Notes: generated by a model from the sequence alone, not told the origin. Positions 42,757 through 51,958 are shown, counted from the first letter of the stretch. The stretch: DNA of 56,070 bases from Candidatus Moraniibacteriota bacterium (GCA_023261645.1 JAHFOO010000008.1:1-56070), one strand, 5' to 3'. Translations and numbers: made by a program.

Positions 42757-44766
42757 ATGGTAGATGGAATCTTTATTTTTCTGGTTAGTGCGGCGGTTGT
42801 TGCTTTGGTGACAATCGCTAATAGATTGTTTGCGAATGGCGGAGATTCTTTGCGAGATAAGAAAGAGGGCCATAATGAAAAGAAACTTGAAACAGTACAG
42901 CTTACCGTAGTTAAAAGTGAGGCTAGTTTAAAAAAAACTGCTAATACAGTAGAAGAAATACCTGGTAAAAAGAAACTTGAAGTAACGACAACTCTACAAA
43001 AGAGAGTATGGACAGTAATAAAAAGAATCAGTAGAAAATATAACCACCTACTTCTGTTTGAGCTCCTAGTGATTCTTACCTGCTTATTTGGCTACATATC
43101 TATCTACAAGCTAGGATCGCCAAATGCTGAATATAACTCTTTCTATAATTATTATTTATTACAATACTTTTTTCTCAAAAAAATACTTCTAACTATTGCT
43201 ATAGCGGTAGGGGTAGCACTTTCTTTAATAATCGTTTTGGCTCTATTGAAAAAGAAACGTTTTAAGAAGAAATACGCAGTCCATTCTTTTTCAGTAGTTG
43301 CGGTCATAATCCTGGCTTTCAATATATCCTTTTTAGCTATCTATGCTTTTTCTTTTGTTGAAACTAGATACTTGCAATATGAAATATCTTCAAACCAAGA
43401 GACGCATGGACTTATCTGGGGCAATGATAAGCTTGTGTCAAAATTAGAGAGCGAAGTAGCGTCACCGCGGATAGTGAAAGCAGAAGAGAACCCAAGCAAT
43501 CAAATAGTTCGGTATATTGTCTCAAATAGAAAGAATAGAGGAGACTACTATTTGCAGAAGATATTAAATGGTGTACTAAACAAATTTCCTACAAACCTCG
43601 GTATTCCTAGTGAGGCTCCTTTGTTCATGTATAGTGATAATTTGTATATAAGAAAACTTGAAAAAGATTCTTATGCAGCGATCAGTCCAATTTTAGGCAA
43701 GCTTTTAGTAAAAGGTGCTTTACCAGATAGGAATATTAAAGATGAGCCCTCCCTCCTTGTAATGGATCGAGAAGAATACAATACCTTCCGTATAGACCAA
43801 ATTAATGAGCATATAGCAAAGATGAAGGATGCCATAGCACGAATTACGAAGGTAGTGAACTCCTACTACTCGGCAGTTTCCTATGATAAAGGGAGGGTTA
43901 ATTATAATGTAGGCATGGCAAATTCGATGATAGCAGAAGGAAACTCAGCCTATTCAAGTTGTATCCGAGCACAAAGCTGTACCTATAACTACATCCCCGG
44001 AACTTGCACATACTATCCATACGTTTATTGTAGTCCTGGATACTCTTATCAAACTTGCCTGCCAAGATATACTCCCTCATACTGTTCGGGTCAAATGGAT
44101 TTTTACTACAACCTTGCTGACGGATATAATAGAAATGCGAATGAATGGAGAGATCAATTGGGTTACGATCAGTATTATCTTGGAGTATATGTTGATTTAA
44201 GAGATACAGTAGAGACATATAAAGCTATGGCTGAAGCGTCTAAAGAAGACGTACCTTATGAGTTAGGTTTGTTTCAGCCGGATCTTGGTATAAAGGTTGT
44301 TTTGGAATCAGATAATCCAGAAACCGTGGCGGATAATATAGGTATCTTAGTCCATGAGTATCTTCACTACACGAGCTATGTTCCCGATATGAGTTTACCG
44401 ACATTCTTTGAAGAGGGTCTGACAGAATATTTCTCAAGAGAGATTGTTGACAAAAATATGGGAGTAAAGACAAAGATCGGGTACCCACTGATAACAAAAG
44501 TAATCGAAAGGATGACCGAAAAGATTTCGGAACAAGAGTTCAGAGACATATACTTTTCTAAAAATAGTGCTCTCCTAACGAGTACCCTGGATCGAGCTTA
44601 CGGTAAAGATTTTTCAAAGAAATACGAACTCTATTTTGAATTCATTTCCTATTTGCCACCAAAGGATGCTCTAGAAATTACAAATAAGTTTTTGGATAAG
44701 ATAGGTGTTGAAAAAATAGTTGAAGAAGACTTGTATAGTAAAGCGAGTGAGTTTAATGCCAATTGA
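42757..44766 (+). CDS. Membrane-anchored zincin-like metalloprotease with Cys-rich insert
   Basis: Several N-terminal TM helices; HEYLH...EEGLTEY. Confidence 0.7.
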   Translation: MVDGIFIFLVSAAVVALVTIANRLFANGGDSLRDKKEGHNEKKLETVQLTVVKSEASLKKTANTVEEIPGKKKLEVTTTLQKRVWTVIKRISRKYNHLLLFELLVILTCLFGYISIYKLGSPNAEYNSFYNYYLLQYFFLKKILLTIAIAVGVALSLIIVLALLKKKRFKKKYAVHSFSVVAVIILAFNISFLAIYAFSFVETRYLQYEISSNQETHGLIWGNDKLVSKLESEVASPRIVKAEENPSNQIVRYIVSNRKNRGDYYLQKILNGVLNKFPTNLGIPSEAPLFMYSDNLYIRKLEKDSYAAISPILGKLLVKGALPDRNIKDEPSLLVMDREEYNTFRIDQINEHIAKMKDAIARITKVVNSYYSAVSYDKGRVNYNVGMANSMIAEGNSAYSSCIRAQSCTYNYIPGTCTYYPYVYCSPGYSYQTCLPRYTPSYCSGQMDFYYNLADGYNRNANEWRDQLGYDQYYLGVYVDLRDTVETYKAMAEASKEDVPYELGLFQPDLGIKVVLESDNPETVADNIGILVHEYLHYTSYVPDMSLPTFFEEGLTEYFSREIVDKNMGVKTKIGYPLITKVIERMTEKISEQEFRDIYFSKNSALLTSTLDRAYGKDFSKKYELYFEFISYLPPKDALEITNKFLDKIGVEKIVEEDLYSKASEFNAN

Positions 44767-44779
44767 TTTAAAAGAGAAA

Positions 44780-45265
44780 CATATGATAGAAGAAATGTCA
44801 CAAATTATTAAAGATGAAAAAAATGGTTTTTTAGAAAAGTATCTTAATCGGGATACGGCTTTTATAACTGTTATTATTATTCTCGCTGGATTCTTTTTAG
44901 TACCACAGATATGGAGTAAAAATCCGTATAAGGCAGGTACGCAGTATTTTGTTTACCTTTTCCCAGATATTAATTCATCACTAAACTACAGACTTCCCGC
45001 AGATATTCTAATAGAGGAAGACTGTACTGGAGGGGAATGCGAACACGATATTCAAATAGAGACTGTTTACCTTGAGAATGGAAGTAGTAAGTATTTTGGA
45101 TGTATCGTTCAGCTCAAATATGAAAATTTCTGTAAAGATCAGGATGGAAAGGAATGGATGATTGTTTTGAGTGATTGGGAAGAAGCGAAAACAATAAAAG
45201 AGATTAAAGATTCAAAGAAAAAGGTAGATGATATTGTAAATAGCGTGATGAGTGAGGATCATTAG
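44780..45265 (+). CDS. Hypothetical single-TM protein
   Basis: ORF with TM and four Cys; start uncertain (44720-44800). Confidence 0.55.
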   Translation, partial: HMIEEMSQIIKDEKNGFLEKYLNRDTAFITVIIILAGFFLVPQIWSKNPYKAGTQYFVYLFPDINSSLNYRLPADILIEEDCTGGECEHDIQIETVYLENGSSKYFGCIVQLKYENFCKDQDGKEWMIVLSDWEEAKTIKEIKDSKKKVDDIVNSVMSEDH

Positions 45266-45288
45266 TTGTTCACCCTACAGAAAATACT

Positions 45289-45522
45289 TTGTATGAACTA
45301 GTGGCAAAGAATGGAACTCAAGTAACATCACAAACGCTCAATGTTCAGTATCCTTTATCAGTGAAGAAAACAGTTGCTCAAAATCCTGTAAATGTGGTTA
45401 ATGAAGCTTCTGATACTTCACAAAATGAAAATAATTCTAGTGCAGTCGGACTGTTGGTGGCGATAGTGGGTGGGGGAACTGTGTGGGCGGTAAGAAAATA
45501 TTTAGGAAAAAGGGTGCTCTAA
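45289..45522 (+). pseudogene. Probable gene remnant with C-terminal TM anchor
   Basis: No ATG start; ends in a TM helix plus basic tail. Confidence 0.35.
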
Positions 45523-45568
45523 GAGAATAGATTGTTAGAAATTTAGTGAAAGAAAATTATTGTGACTC

Positions 45569-46930
45569 CTAATTCGATATATTTCCTGATGGAGCCTTCT
45601 TCCTACGGATGTATTTAAAAAACTTTCTTTGTTGTGAGGATATTCCTCGGCCTATGTTTTTCATAACTTCCCCAGCATTTTTTATATAGATGCCTCCTTT
45701 TCTTTTCTTAATTAATCCAATGGCGCTTGGTTGTTTACGTGGATTTTTGTAAGTTTGTCTGTCTAAAAACTTTTGAACTTTCTTGTGCGCCTTTCTGTAT
45801 GCATTCTGTAATGTTTTTCCACGTACTTGGACATTAGATCCATTAAATTCGAAGCCGAGATAGTCAATAAACTTTCGCCCCAATACTTCTCCGTTCCCCG
45901 TTTTAACTTCAACACATACCACAGAACCGTCGCATAGTCTTTTAAAAGTAGCGATAAATGCCTTAGCTGGATTTATCTTTAGTGCATGTAATTTTATCGA
46001 CTCGCACAACGAAGAAAAAACAGCCTCTTTTTCGGGAATGGCACAGACGATTGCAATATCGTCACTGTATCTTCTGTATAACGTGTGAGGAAACTTTTTT
46101 ACAAATTCATAATCAAATAGAGACATGTAAATATTTGCTAAAAGCCCACTCAGAGCACTTCCCTGGGGTATTCCTATAGGCGTTTTGTTTTCTTTAATAG
46201 TTCCATTCCGTCCCAACTCGTATATTGCCTTCACTAGTGGATACTTATTGTGCCTAACCTTTTTCGAAACTTCTAAAATAAACTTTGCATATGTACTAAA
46301 CTTTCTTCGGTGGTGACTATCGTTTAACACATACCTAAATGCTGTTAAGGATCTCAGCACTTTGTATTCATCTCCCGACAGTTTGTTGCCGAGAATCATG
46401 GAAATATTTTCTTTCAGTATCCTGTGGTTTAAAGTATCAAAAAACTTTGAAATATCTGCAATAATTACCGCGCATTCGCCGTTACTTTTGATGTGGTCAA
46501 ATATCTCATGCGCAAAAAAGATATTGTTTTTTCCTTGTAGATTGTCCTCTTCCTTTGTAGCTTTCCTGCTCCTGTATGCTATTGTGTTAGTCTCAATACC
46601 CTTTTCGCGCACAAAAACTTCATATTTTTTACCCCATTGATATGCATAGAAACTGTATATGTGTGCATCAAGATGAGAGGCGTACATGATGGGTCTCTCC
46701 TTTATAGTTCGTATAGGGTTCTTATCTTTATCTTTTCGATATCGGATATCTTTCTTAATGAATTTTACTAAAGGGAGAAATTGATGCGTGCTTATATTTT
46801 TCAATGTAGTTACAACTTGCTCAAAGTCTCGAACATTGTCTATGTCTAGAGTTCTATCAAAATGTCTATATGCACGTTTTCTCTGTTTTGGTTTTAGCGA
46901 CTCCTTCCATTGTGTGTACACCTCTTCCAT
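45569..46930 (-). CDS. drt2: Defense-associated reverse transcriptase, DRT2 / UG2 family
   Basis: KR.Y.HFD, H.FLP, RPI.YASHLD.HIY.FYA, KNNI.FA, DISKFFD.L.H.ILK, GIPQGS.LSGLLANIYM, YRRYSDD, YLGF.F.GSN...R: motif order recognised as DRT2 RT; standalone, with ~320-nt structured upstream region. Confidence 0.88.
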   Translation of the reverse strand: MEEVYTQWKESLKPKQRKRAYRHFDRTLDIDNVRDFEQVVTTLKNISTHQFLPLVKFIKKDIRYRKDKDKNPIRTIKERPIMYASHLDAHIYSFYAYQWGKKYEVFVREKGIETNTIAYRSRKATKEEDNLQGKNNIFFAHEIFDHIKSNGECAVIIADISKFFDTLNHRILKENISMILGNKLSGDEYKVLRSLTAFRYVLNDSHHRRKFSTYAKFILEVSKKVRHNKYPLVKAIYELGRNGTIKENKTPIGIPQGSALSGLLANIYMSLFDYEFVKKFPHTLYRRYSDDIAIVCAIPEKEAVFSSLCESIKLHALKINPAKAFIATFKRLCDGSVVCVEVKTGNGEVLGRKFIDYLGFEFNGSNVQVRGKTLQNAYRKAHKKVQKFLDRQTYKNPRKQPSAIGLIKKRKGGIYIKNAGEVMKNIGRGISSQQRKFFKYIRRKKAPSGNISN

Positions 46931-46944
46931 AAATTTATTTCGTA

Positions 46945-47250
46945 TATGTAAAAACCCTTGTCCTCTGGCGAGCTTATCAGCATGCTCTTGGACAAGGGTT
47001 CTGTGGGCAAGCCCAGGCTATATTCATTGACATGTGTCCAAAAGGAGACACAAGGCTGACGGAACTACATTGATATAATAGTAATGACTATGACTCAAGA
47101 ATGGCTGCACTCTATCGTCGCTGACATCATTATTATGTTGTTCATCACGACCGCGAGCCGAGGCTTGCATATCGTTGTAAACACATCGCCTAACACCCCT
47201 AGAAGCAAGACGGTAGTATAGCCAATTCCTTCTTGAACCGAACGTTAGTC
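46945..47250 (-). ncRNA. DRT2-associated ncRNA (template plus scaffold)
   Basis: Lies between a sigma70 promoter and the RT start. Hairpins 46953-46963/46990-47000, 47004-47015, 47033-47038/47047-47052; long-range pairing of 47084-47106 with 47220-47252. Confidence 0.8.
47070..47183 (+). other. Candidate 114-nt neo-type repeat unit (hidden gene formed by cDNA concatenation)
   Basis: TATAAT at 47074-47079 near the unit start, TTGCAT at 47165-47170 near the end, ACA at 47067-69 and 47181-83 (offset 114), one stop-free frame. Confidence 0.65.
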
Positions 47251-47255
47251 ATAAC

Positions 47256-47284
47256 ATCATATCACAATGGATCGGTTTCCGCAA
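47256..47284 (-). promoter_or_regulatory. sigma70 promoter of the ncRNA-RT unit
   Basis: TTGCGG (47284-47279), N17, TATGAT (47261-47256) with extended TG. Confidence 0.7.
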
Positions 47285-47337
47285 GAGCTGAAGATGCTTC
47301 ATCTCTCTCGTTTTAATTTTGATAACGTTCTCATCTA

Positions 47338-47604
47338 CTAATAAATACGGAAGGCCTTACTCTTCTTCTTCCACATGCATGCGCTTATAGCGTCTTCTGA
47401 TGTTTTAAATTTATTATACTCATCAAATGTATAATAATCCCCTTTATCATTGGACACGACATTCTGTTCCCTTGGTGGCTGATAGTGAACTTCGCTGACG
47501 CACCAACGAGTTTTAGAAATGTACCACCATCCACCCAAAATCGGTACTCCAACTAATAGAGCAATGCCAAGAACCTTAATAATCTTTTTGTCAGTGTTAT
47601 TCAT
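47338..47604 (-). CDS. Small single-TM protein
   Basis: N-terminal TM; two Cys. Confidence 0.6.
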   Translation of the reverse strand: MNNTDKKIIKVLGIALLVGVPILGGWWYISKTRWCVSEVHYQPPREQNVVSNDKGDYYTFDEYNKFKTSEDAISACMWKKKSKAFRIY

Positions 47605-47904
47605 AGTGTTTTATTGTCGTTATTGAACATTATTTGCTTCTGTCTCCTGCCCCGTCGACCCGTTAAATAGGGGATTAAAATTAATTTGATTTAAAAATCA
47701 GGAAAAAAAATTAACAAAACTATTATTTTAAGCCATTACTTCGTTTAAAAAGGTATTTTGTTTTTTTATTCTTTAAACAAAACCCAGCTAAAATATTTTG
47801 ATAAATTTGATTTTTTTAGAAAAAAATATTTTGTCTTTTTCTGTTCAGGTCGTCATACATTTTTTAACTTAAGGGACTCTCAATCTCAATCCTCCTACCC
47901 CTGG

Positions 47905-48168
47905 CTACCAGAGATTAAAAAATACATACAAAGAAAGTGCCGTGATTAACAATTCTGCAAATAGACCAATGACAATCCAAGATTTTGTTACTGGAGTACT
48001 ATGATTTATTCCATTTTCTCGAACATCTTTTCTTAATGCAGAACTAGCAGAAAAATCGACCATGAGCAGAGCAACTATTGTCCAGCCTAGCTGTGATGGC
48101 AATGCAGAATCTGCCATTGACAAAAATATGAGTGCAGCAATACCAATTAGGTTAGAAATTATCGACAT
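47905..48168 (-). CDS. Small 3-TM membrane protein
   Basis: Hydrophobic 87-aa ORF. Confidence 0.6.
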   Translation of the reverse strand: MSIISNLIGIAALIFLSMADSALPSQLGWTIVALLMVDFSASSALRKDVRENGINHSTPVTKSWIVIGLFAELLITALSLYVFFNLW

Positions 48169-48200
48169 AGCGTTTTAATTAAGAGTTTCCACACGCGCAC

Positions 48201-48722
48201 CTATAGCTCCTTTTTTCCTATGCACTGGTTATAGTCAAAGGTATCTATGCTTTTCTTATTGCTTCTGCATCGACTTACTCTCTCATCCGTTTTAGTGTTT
48301 TGGTAATCGACGCTTAAATCTTCGTTTGCACACCCATCCTCTCTAAATTGCTTTTCCGCTAACTCTTTCCCAATCTGAGAAACTATCATGCCCTCTATAG
48401 GCAGTCTTCCTTGTAAGCACTCTATCTTTTTTTGGTTTACTCTAGACTCATTCATTTTCTGATTTACTATAATAGCGTCCATTTTTTGTTTTTCTGATTT
48501 TTCTGCAAACAAAGCAAGTGTCCCAAATACTATAAAAATAAGTAGAGCAATCGGTAGCAAAGCAATTATAATTTTTTTAGATTTATTATAGGAACTAGTG
48601 AGCTTCTGAGGCGTTAGCTGTTTTTTGATATTTACCATCGTACCTTCCAACCATTCGCCACAAAACCGACACTTTTTTGCATCATCCTTTACTTCTTCTG
48701 AACAAAATGAACATTTTTTCAT
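48201..48722 (-). CDS. Zinc-ribbon, single-TM protein
   Basis: MKKCSFCSEEV..DAKKCRFCGEWL; TM. Confidence 0.75.
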   Translation of the reverse strand: MKKCSFCSEEVKDDAKKCRFCGEWLEGTMVNIKKQLTPQKLTSSYNKSKKIIIALLPIALLIFIVFGTLALFAEKSEKQKMDAIIVNQKMNESRVNQKKIECLQGRLPIEGMIVSQIGKELAEKQFREDGCANEDLSVDYQNTKTDERVSRCRSNKKSIDTFDYNQCIGKKEL

Positions 48723-48743
48723 AATAGTTATTTCTTTTAAACT

Positions 48744-49301
48744 TTACAGGGGCGGATATACAACCCAAATAACAACCATAATGACAATAAAGAAGATTAT
48801 CCAGCTCCATTTCATTTTCATCTTGGCAGTCAACGTGTATTTAACTGGGATGAGAATATTCCAACTAAAAAGAAATATTGTTATCCCTATTCTCCAATTG
48901 AAAAAGATATACACTAACCCGAATAACGCACATATCGATATCGCATTATTTCCATACTTATGGAAGTAATATTCGGGATAAAACATTCTGTTTTGTTCTC
49001 TAAATTTTATATATTCATCGGGGCTAACCGTGTCTTTATACTTTTTAAATGCTTTATGCCTCGCAATAAAAAGAGGTATATAAAAAATGATAACACCCGC
49101 AAATGCAAAAATTAAAAACCATAAGAAATCGAGCTGGACGAGAGAAATGACTCCTGAAAACAAAACGCCTATCCCTACTATGCTTATCCAATGCATCTTA
49201 GCCGGACTAAGAACTTCTCGAAGTATATCTTTTTGCTCTATAGTCATTTCATCTGCGTCTAAGCCAAAACCTTTATCAAACATCTCTTTGTCGTTATCCA
49301 T
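48744..49301 (-). CDS. Hypothetical multi-TM protein
   Basis: About five hydrophobic segments. Confidence 0.65.
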   Translation of the reverse strand: MDNDKEMFDKGFGLDADEMTIEQKDILREVLSPAKMHWISIVGIGVLFSGVISLVQLDFLWFLIFAFAGVIIFYIPLFIARHKAFKKYKDTVSPDEYIKFREQNRMFYPEYYFHKYGNNAISICALFGLVYIFFNWRIGITIFLFSWNILIPVKYTLTAKMKMKWSWIIFFIVIMVVIWVVYPPL

Positions 49302-49319
49302 AATCTTTTTAGACCTGAA

Positions 49320-49574
49320 TTAAAAATAGTTCTCATGTTTGTTTCTGTCATGAAACCACGCCCAAATAAATAGCCACGCAACGATATATGTTAATGAAGT
49401 TTTGACACTCCAGTATGAGTCTGTAAGCCAAGCCATTCCTTCCCCAGTTCTTCTAAGAAAAAAAGAAAGTCCCATACAAAAAACCAGAATGAGTCCTGGC
49501 GTCAATGCGGCAAAAAACAAAGATACTAATATTTCTAAACAATATCTCCAAAAATTCGATTTTTCACTTCCCAT
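49320..49574 (-). CDS. Small 2-TM protein
   Basis: First gene of the leftward cargo operon. Confidence 0.6.
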   Translation of the reverse strand: MGSEKSNFWRYCLEILVSLFFAALTPGLILVFCMGLSFFLRRTGEGMAWLTDSYWSVKTSLTYIVAWLFIWAWFHDRNKHENYF

Positions 49575-49604
49575 AACTTTAACTAAGGATTATTTTTTAG
49601 ATAA

Positions 49605-49748
49605 CAAAAAAGGACAGCCGAGTTGTTCACCCACAACAGACAGCCTCGAAAGGAAGTCCAATCATGGAACTCGACTGCCCCTTACTACCCACGATTGGAT
49701 AGAAAAAAAGACAGTTTCCTTTCGAGAAAATCTATTGTAGGTGAACGG
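49605..49748 (-). promoter_or_regulatory. Structured leader (long hairpin whose loop pairs with the 3' flank, then U-tract)
   Basis: gttcacctacaata/tgttgtgggtgaac, ctcgaaaggaa/ttcctttcgag, tccaatcgtgg/ccatgattgga; loop gggcagtcgagtt complements downstream aactcggctgtcc plus TTTTTT; TATAAT just upstream (~49765-49770). Confidence 0.6.
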
Positions 49749-49821
49749 ATAAATATTATTACATATTATAGAAAAACACAAACCCAGCTTGATTGTAGAG
49801 TCTGCTTAGAGTAGGGTAAGA

Positions 49822-50730
49822 GTGAGTATTTTTGGATTCAATCTTATGAGCAAAAAAAAGCGGAATAATTATCAAGAGCAAGTGGAGGATCTTATAAAAC
49901 AAGGTAAAGATTTTGAGTATATAGAGAAATTTACTCAAGAAAATTATCCTGAGGAATGGGAGAGGGAAAAAGTGTCTATTGAGACATTCAACAAAAGGAT
50001 ACTAGAAGAAAATGAAAGGAGTATGAGCGCACAAGCATACACTAAGATATCACGTCATTTGGCTGATGTTGTAGTTAGTGCAGATTTTATAGATGAGATA
50101 CAAAAATTAAGGAGAAAATACAAAATACCAGAGAATGGGTTCTCTGTTAATGACCCACATGAAATTGAAGAGCATACCAAAATGAGTCTATGGCCAATCG
50201 AATGGAAATATATAGATGAAGACGAAGACTTAGACTTATACTTTAAAATTGAGGATGAATTAATTCGCCTTGCTATTGCTTTTGGATTACCGCCTCAATG
50301 TAGAGTTTTATTTGACCATTTAGTTTACCGGGATAAGAATTCGCAACTAAACTCAGACGCATCTTTGTGTTATATCAGCGATAGGCTGGAAGAACGAAAA
50401 TATAAAGATGAAATGGTTAATGATTTCTATTACCCGATAGCTATCAGGGTTCATCCGGGGGCATCTCAAAATGATATAACGGATTTTATTAAAAAAAATT
50501 ACACAAGCATTATTAAGCCACTTCAGGAAAAATACGAGGATAAGATGTGCCCTGTAGGAAAAACTCGAAATCGAAAAATCGATATACGGCAGCGTAACGA
50601 TTTCATATACGAAAATAGGGAGAAAAGCGGGAAAGAAATAGCTTCATTGGTATTAAGAAAATTTGGAGTATCTATTGACCATGGGCACGTTCTTAAAATA
50701 ATTTCCTTAGAGAGAAAAAGAAGAAGTTAA
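49822..50730 (+). CDS. Hypothetical protein, possible C-terminal HTH (element regulator?)
   Basis: 302-aa ORF ending RNDFIYE....GKEIASLV.RKFG..I....VLKII; start probably ATG 49846. Confidence 0.65.
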   Translation: MSIFGFNLMSKKKRNNYQEQVEDLIKQGKDFEYIEKFTQENYPEEWEREKVSIETFNKRILEENERSMSAQAYTKISRHLADVVVSADFIDEIQKLRRKYKIPENGFSVNDPHEIEEHTKMSLWPIEWKYIDEDEDLDLYFKIEDELIRLAIAFGLPPQCRVLFDHLVYRDKNSQLNSDASLCYISDRLEERKYKDEMVNDFYYPIAIRVHPGASQNDITDFIKKNYTSIIKPLQEKYEDKMCPVGKTRNRKIDIRQRNDFIYENREKSGKEIASLVLRKFGVSIDHGHVLKIISLERKRRS

Positions 50731-50772
50731 GTGTGGCATAGTTAGTTCTTATCCAAAAACAACCCGATCGAT

Positions 50773-50802
50773 TAACCTAGCTTTAAATAGCTAGGTTTTT
50801 TT
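50773..50802 (+). terminator. Intrinsic terminator
   Basis: aacctagct/agctaggtt plus T-run. Confidence 0.7.
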
Positions 50803-50838
50803 ATTTCCATCTGTAATTTTAATCATTAAGTAAAAAAT

Positions 50839-51186
50839 ATGTTCAGCCAGGATTCGTTATCTAAGTTACTAACAAAAAAAATAACATCTATGGAAGGCAA
50901 GGGATTTGGTATAGGGAGGATTTTCAACCGCTTAAGAAAAATGAGGGTTTGCGAATGCTTAAGTGATTTAGCGATACTAAGACTAATTCTTTATGAATTG
51001 CAAGGCTTAGAGAGGCTTCCATCAAGAAGCAAGATTTTGCATCATTTTCGAACCAAAATACCGAAAGAAGATTGGAGAGGAGTTCTGAAGACAGAAATTT
51101 TGAGCGATCTTTGTAATCCTATGAATATATCAAATTTTAAGGCACTTTCTTTGTGTAAGAGGTCTGTTAAATTGAAAAATCGATAA
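50839..51186 (+). CDS. Hypothetical basic protein
   Basis: 115-aa ORF in the element core module. Confidence 0.5.
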   Translation: MFSQDSLSKLLTKKITSMEGKGFGIGRIFNRLRKMRVCECLSDLAILRLILYELQGLERLPSRSKILHHFRTKIPKEDWRGVLKTEILSDLCNPMNISNFKALSLCKRSVKLKNR

Positions 51187-51195
51187 GTTACCTCA

Positions 51196-51357
51196 ATGAC
51201 CAAAGAATACCAGGTAAAACTGATGTTTTCTGAAAAAGAAGAAGATGAAAATAAACTTCTTTTGGTCTTTGAATATATCCTTAATCTTCAAAATAAAGAT
51301 AAACAAGATGAATCAAAAATACACGCAGGAAATGTTGAGGGAAATAGAAATAAGTGA
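51196..51357 (+). CDS. Small 53-aa ORF
   Basis: Manual ORF MTKEYQVKLMFSEKEEDENKLLLVFEYILNLQ...RNK, overlapping the next start. Confidence 0.4.
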   Translation: MTKEYQVKLMFSEKEEDENKLLLVFEYILNLQNKDKQDESKIHAGNVEGNRNK

Positions 51358-51952
51358 GCTTTCCGATTTTTCTCATGAACTGGAAAAAGTATGGAGGAGA
51401 TCTCGTTTAAAATTCACGGATAAGGAGCTTGTCTCCCTATTTCCTGAAGCCAAACAAATTATCTCTCAAAAAATTGAAGAATGGAAAGAAGTTTTAAAAT
51501 TGAAAAGAGAAACAGTTAGGTGTTCATTGAAAGAAATCTATAAACTAAATGTTGATGATCTATCAAAATGGTTTGGAGAATATATGGTTGAGGTATTCCT
51601 TTTCAATGAGGTAAAGGGAATTTATAAGCATATTGGTAGATTACAAAGACAGTTGATGCAGATTAATGGTGAACAAGGGGTTCGAATAGAATTTTGGGAC
51701 AATCAATTAGAGAAGGCACGAGGAAAACCAATAGCGGATATTGCAGAGCAAAATCTCCTAGTAAGAAATATCGGAAATAGATTTTCAGCTAAATGTCCTT
51801 TTCATGAAGACAAAACACCAAGCTTTTATATTTATCCAGAAACAAATACATATCACTGCTTTGGATGTCAGGCTCATGGGGATGTAATTAATTTAACCAT
51901 GCATTTATACGGACTTTCTTTTAAGGAGGCGGTACAAATGCTTAATCAATAA
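51308..51952 (+). CDS. CHC2 zinc-finger protein (DnaG-type Zn-binding domain at C-terminus, no TOPRIM)
   Basis: CPFHEDKTPSF......YHCFGC..HGDVI.......SFKEAV. Confidence 0.88.
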   Translation: MNQKYTQEMLREIEISELSDFSHELEKVWRRSRLKFTDKELVSLFPEAKQIISQKIEEWKEVLKLKRETVRCSLKEIYKLNVDDLSKWFGEYMVEVFLFNEVKGIYKHIGRLQRQLMQINGEQGVRIEFWDNQLEKARGKPIADIAEQNLLVRNIGNRFSAKCPFHEDKTPSFYIYPETNTYHCFGCQAHGDVINLTMHLYGLSFKEAVQMLNQ

Positions 51953-51958
51953 TATCGT

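Noticed and set aside
47072-47191. Canonical 120-nt neo repeat
   Set aside because: In frame, but gives 13- or 23-nt spacers to the available -35-like hexamers and no terminal microhomology; 114 nt fits better. Not formally excluded.
45569-47252. RT as a retron (47084-47106 / 47220-47252 pairing as a1/a2) or a group II intron
   Set aside because: No retron VTG motif, no effector gene, no maturase/domain V features; the N-terminal Y.HFD and RPI.YASH.D motifs point to DRT2.
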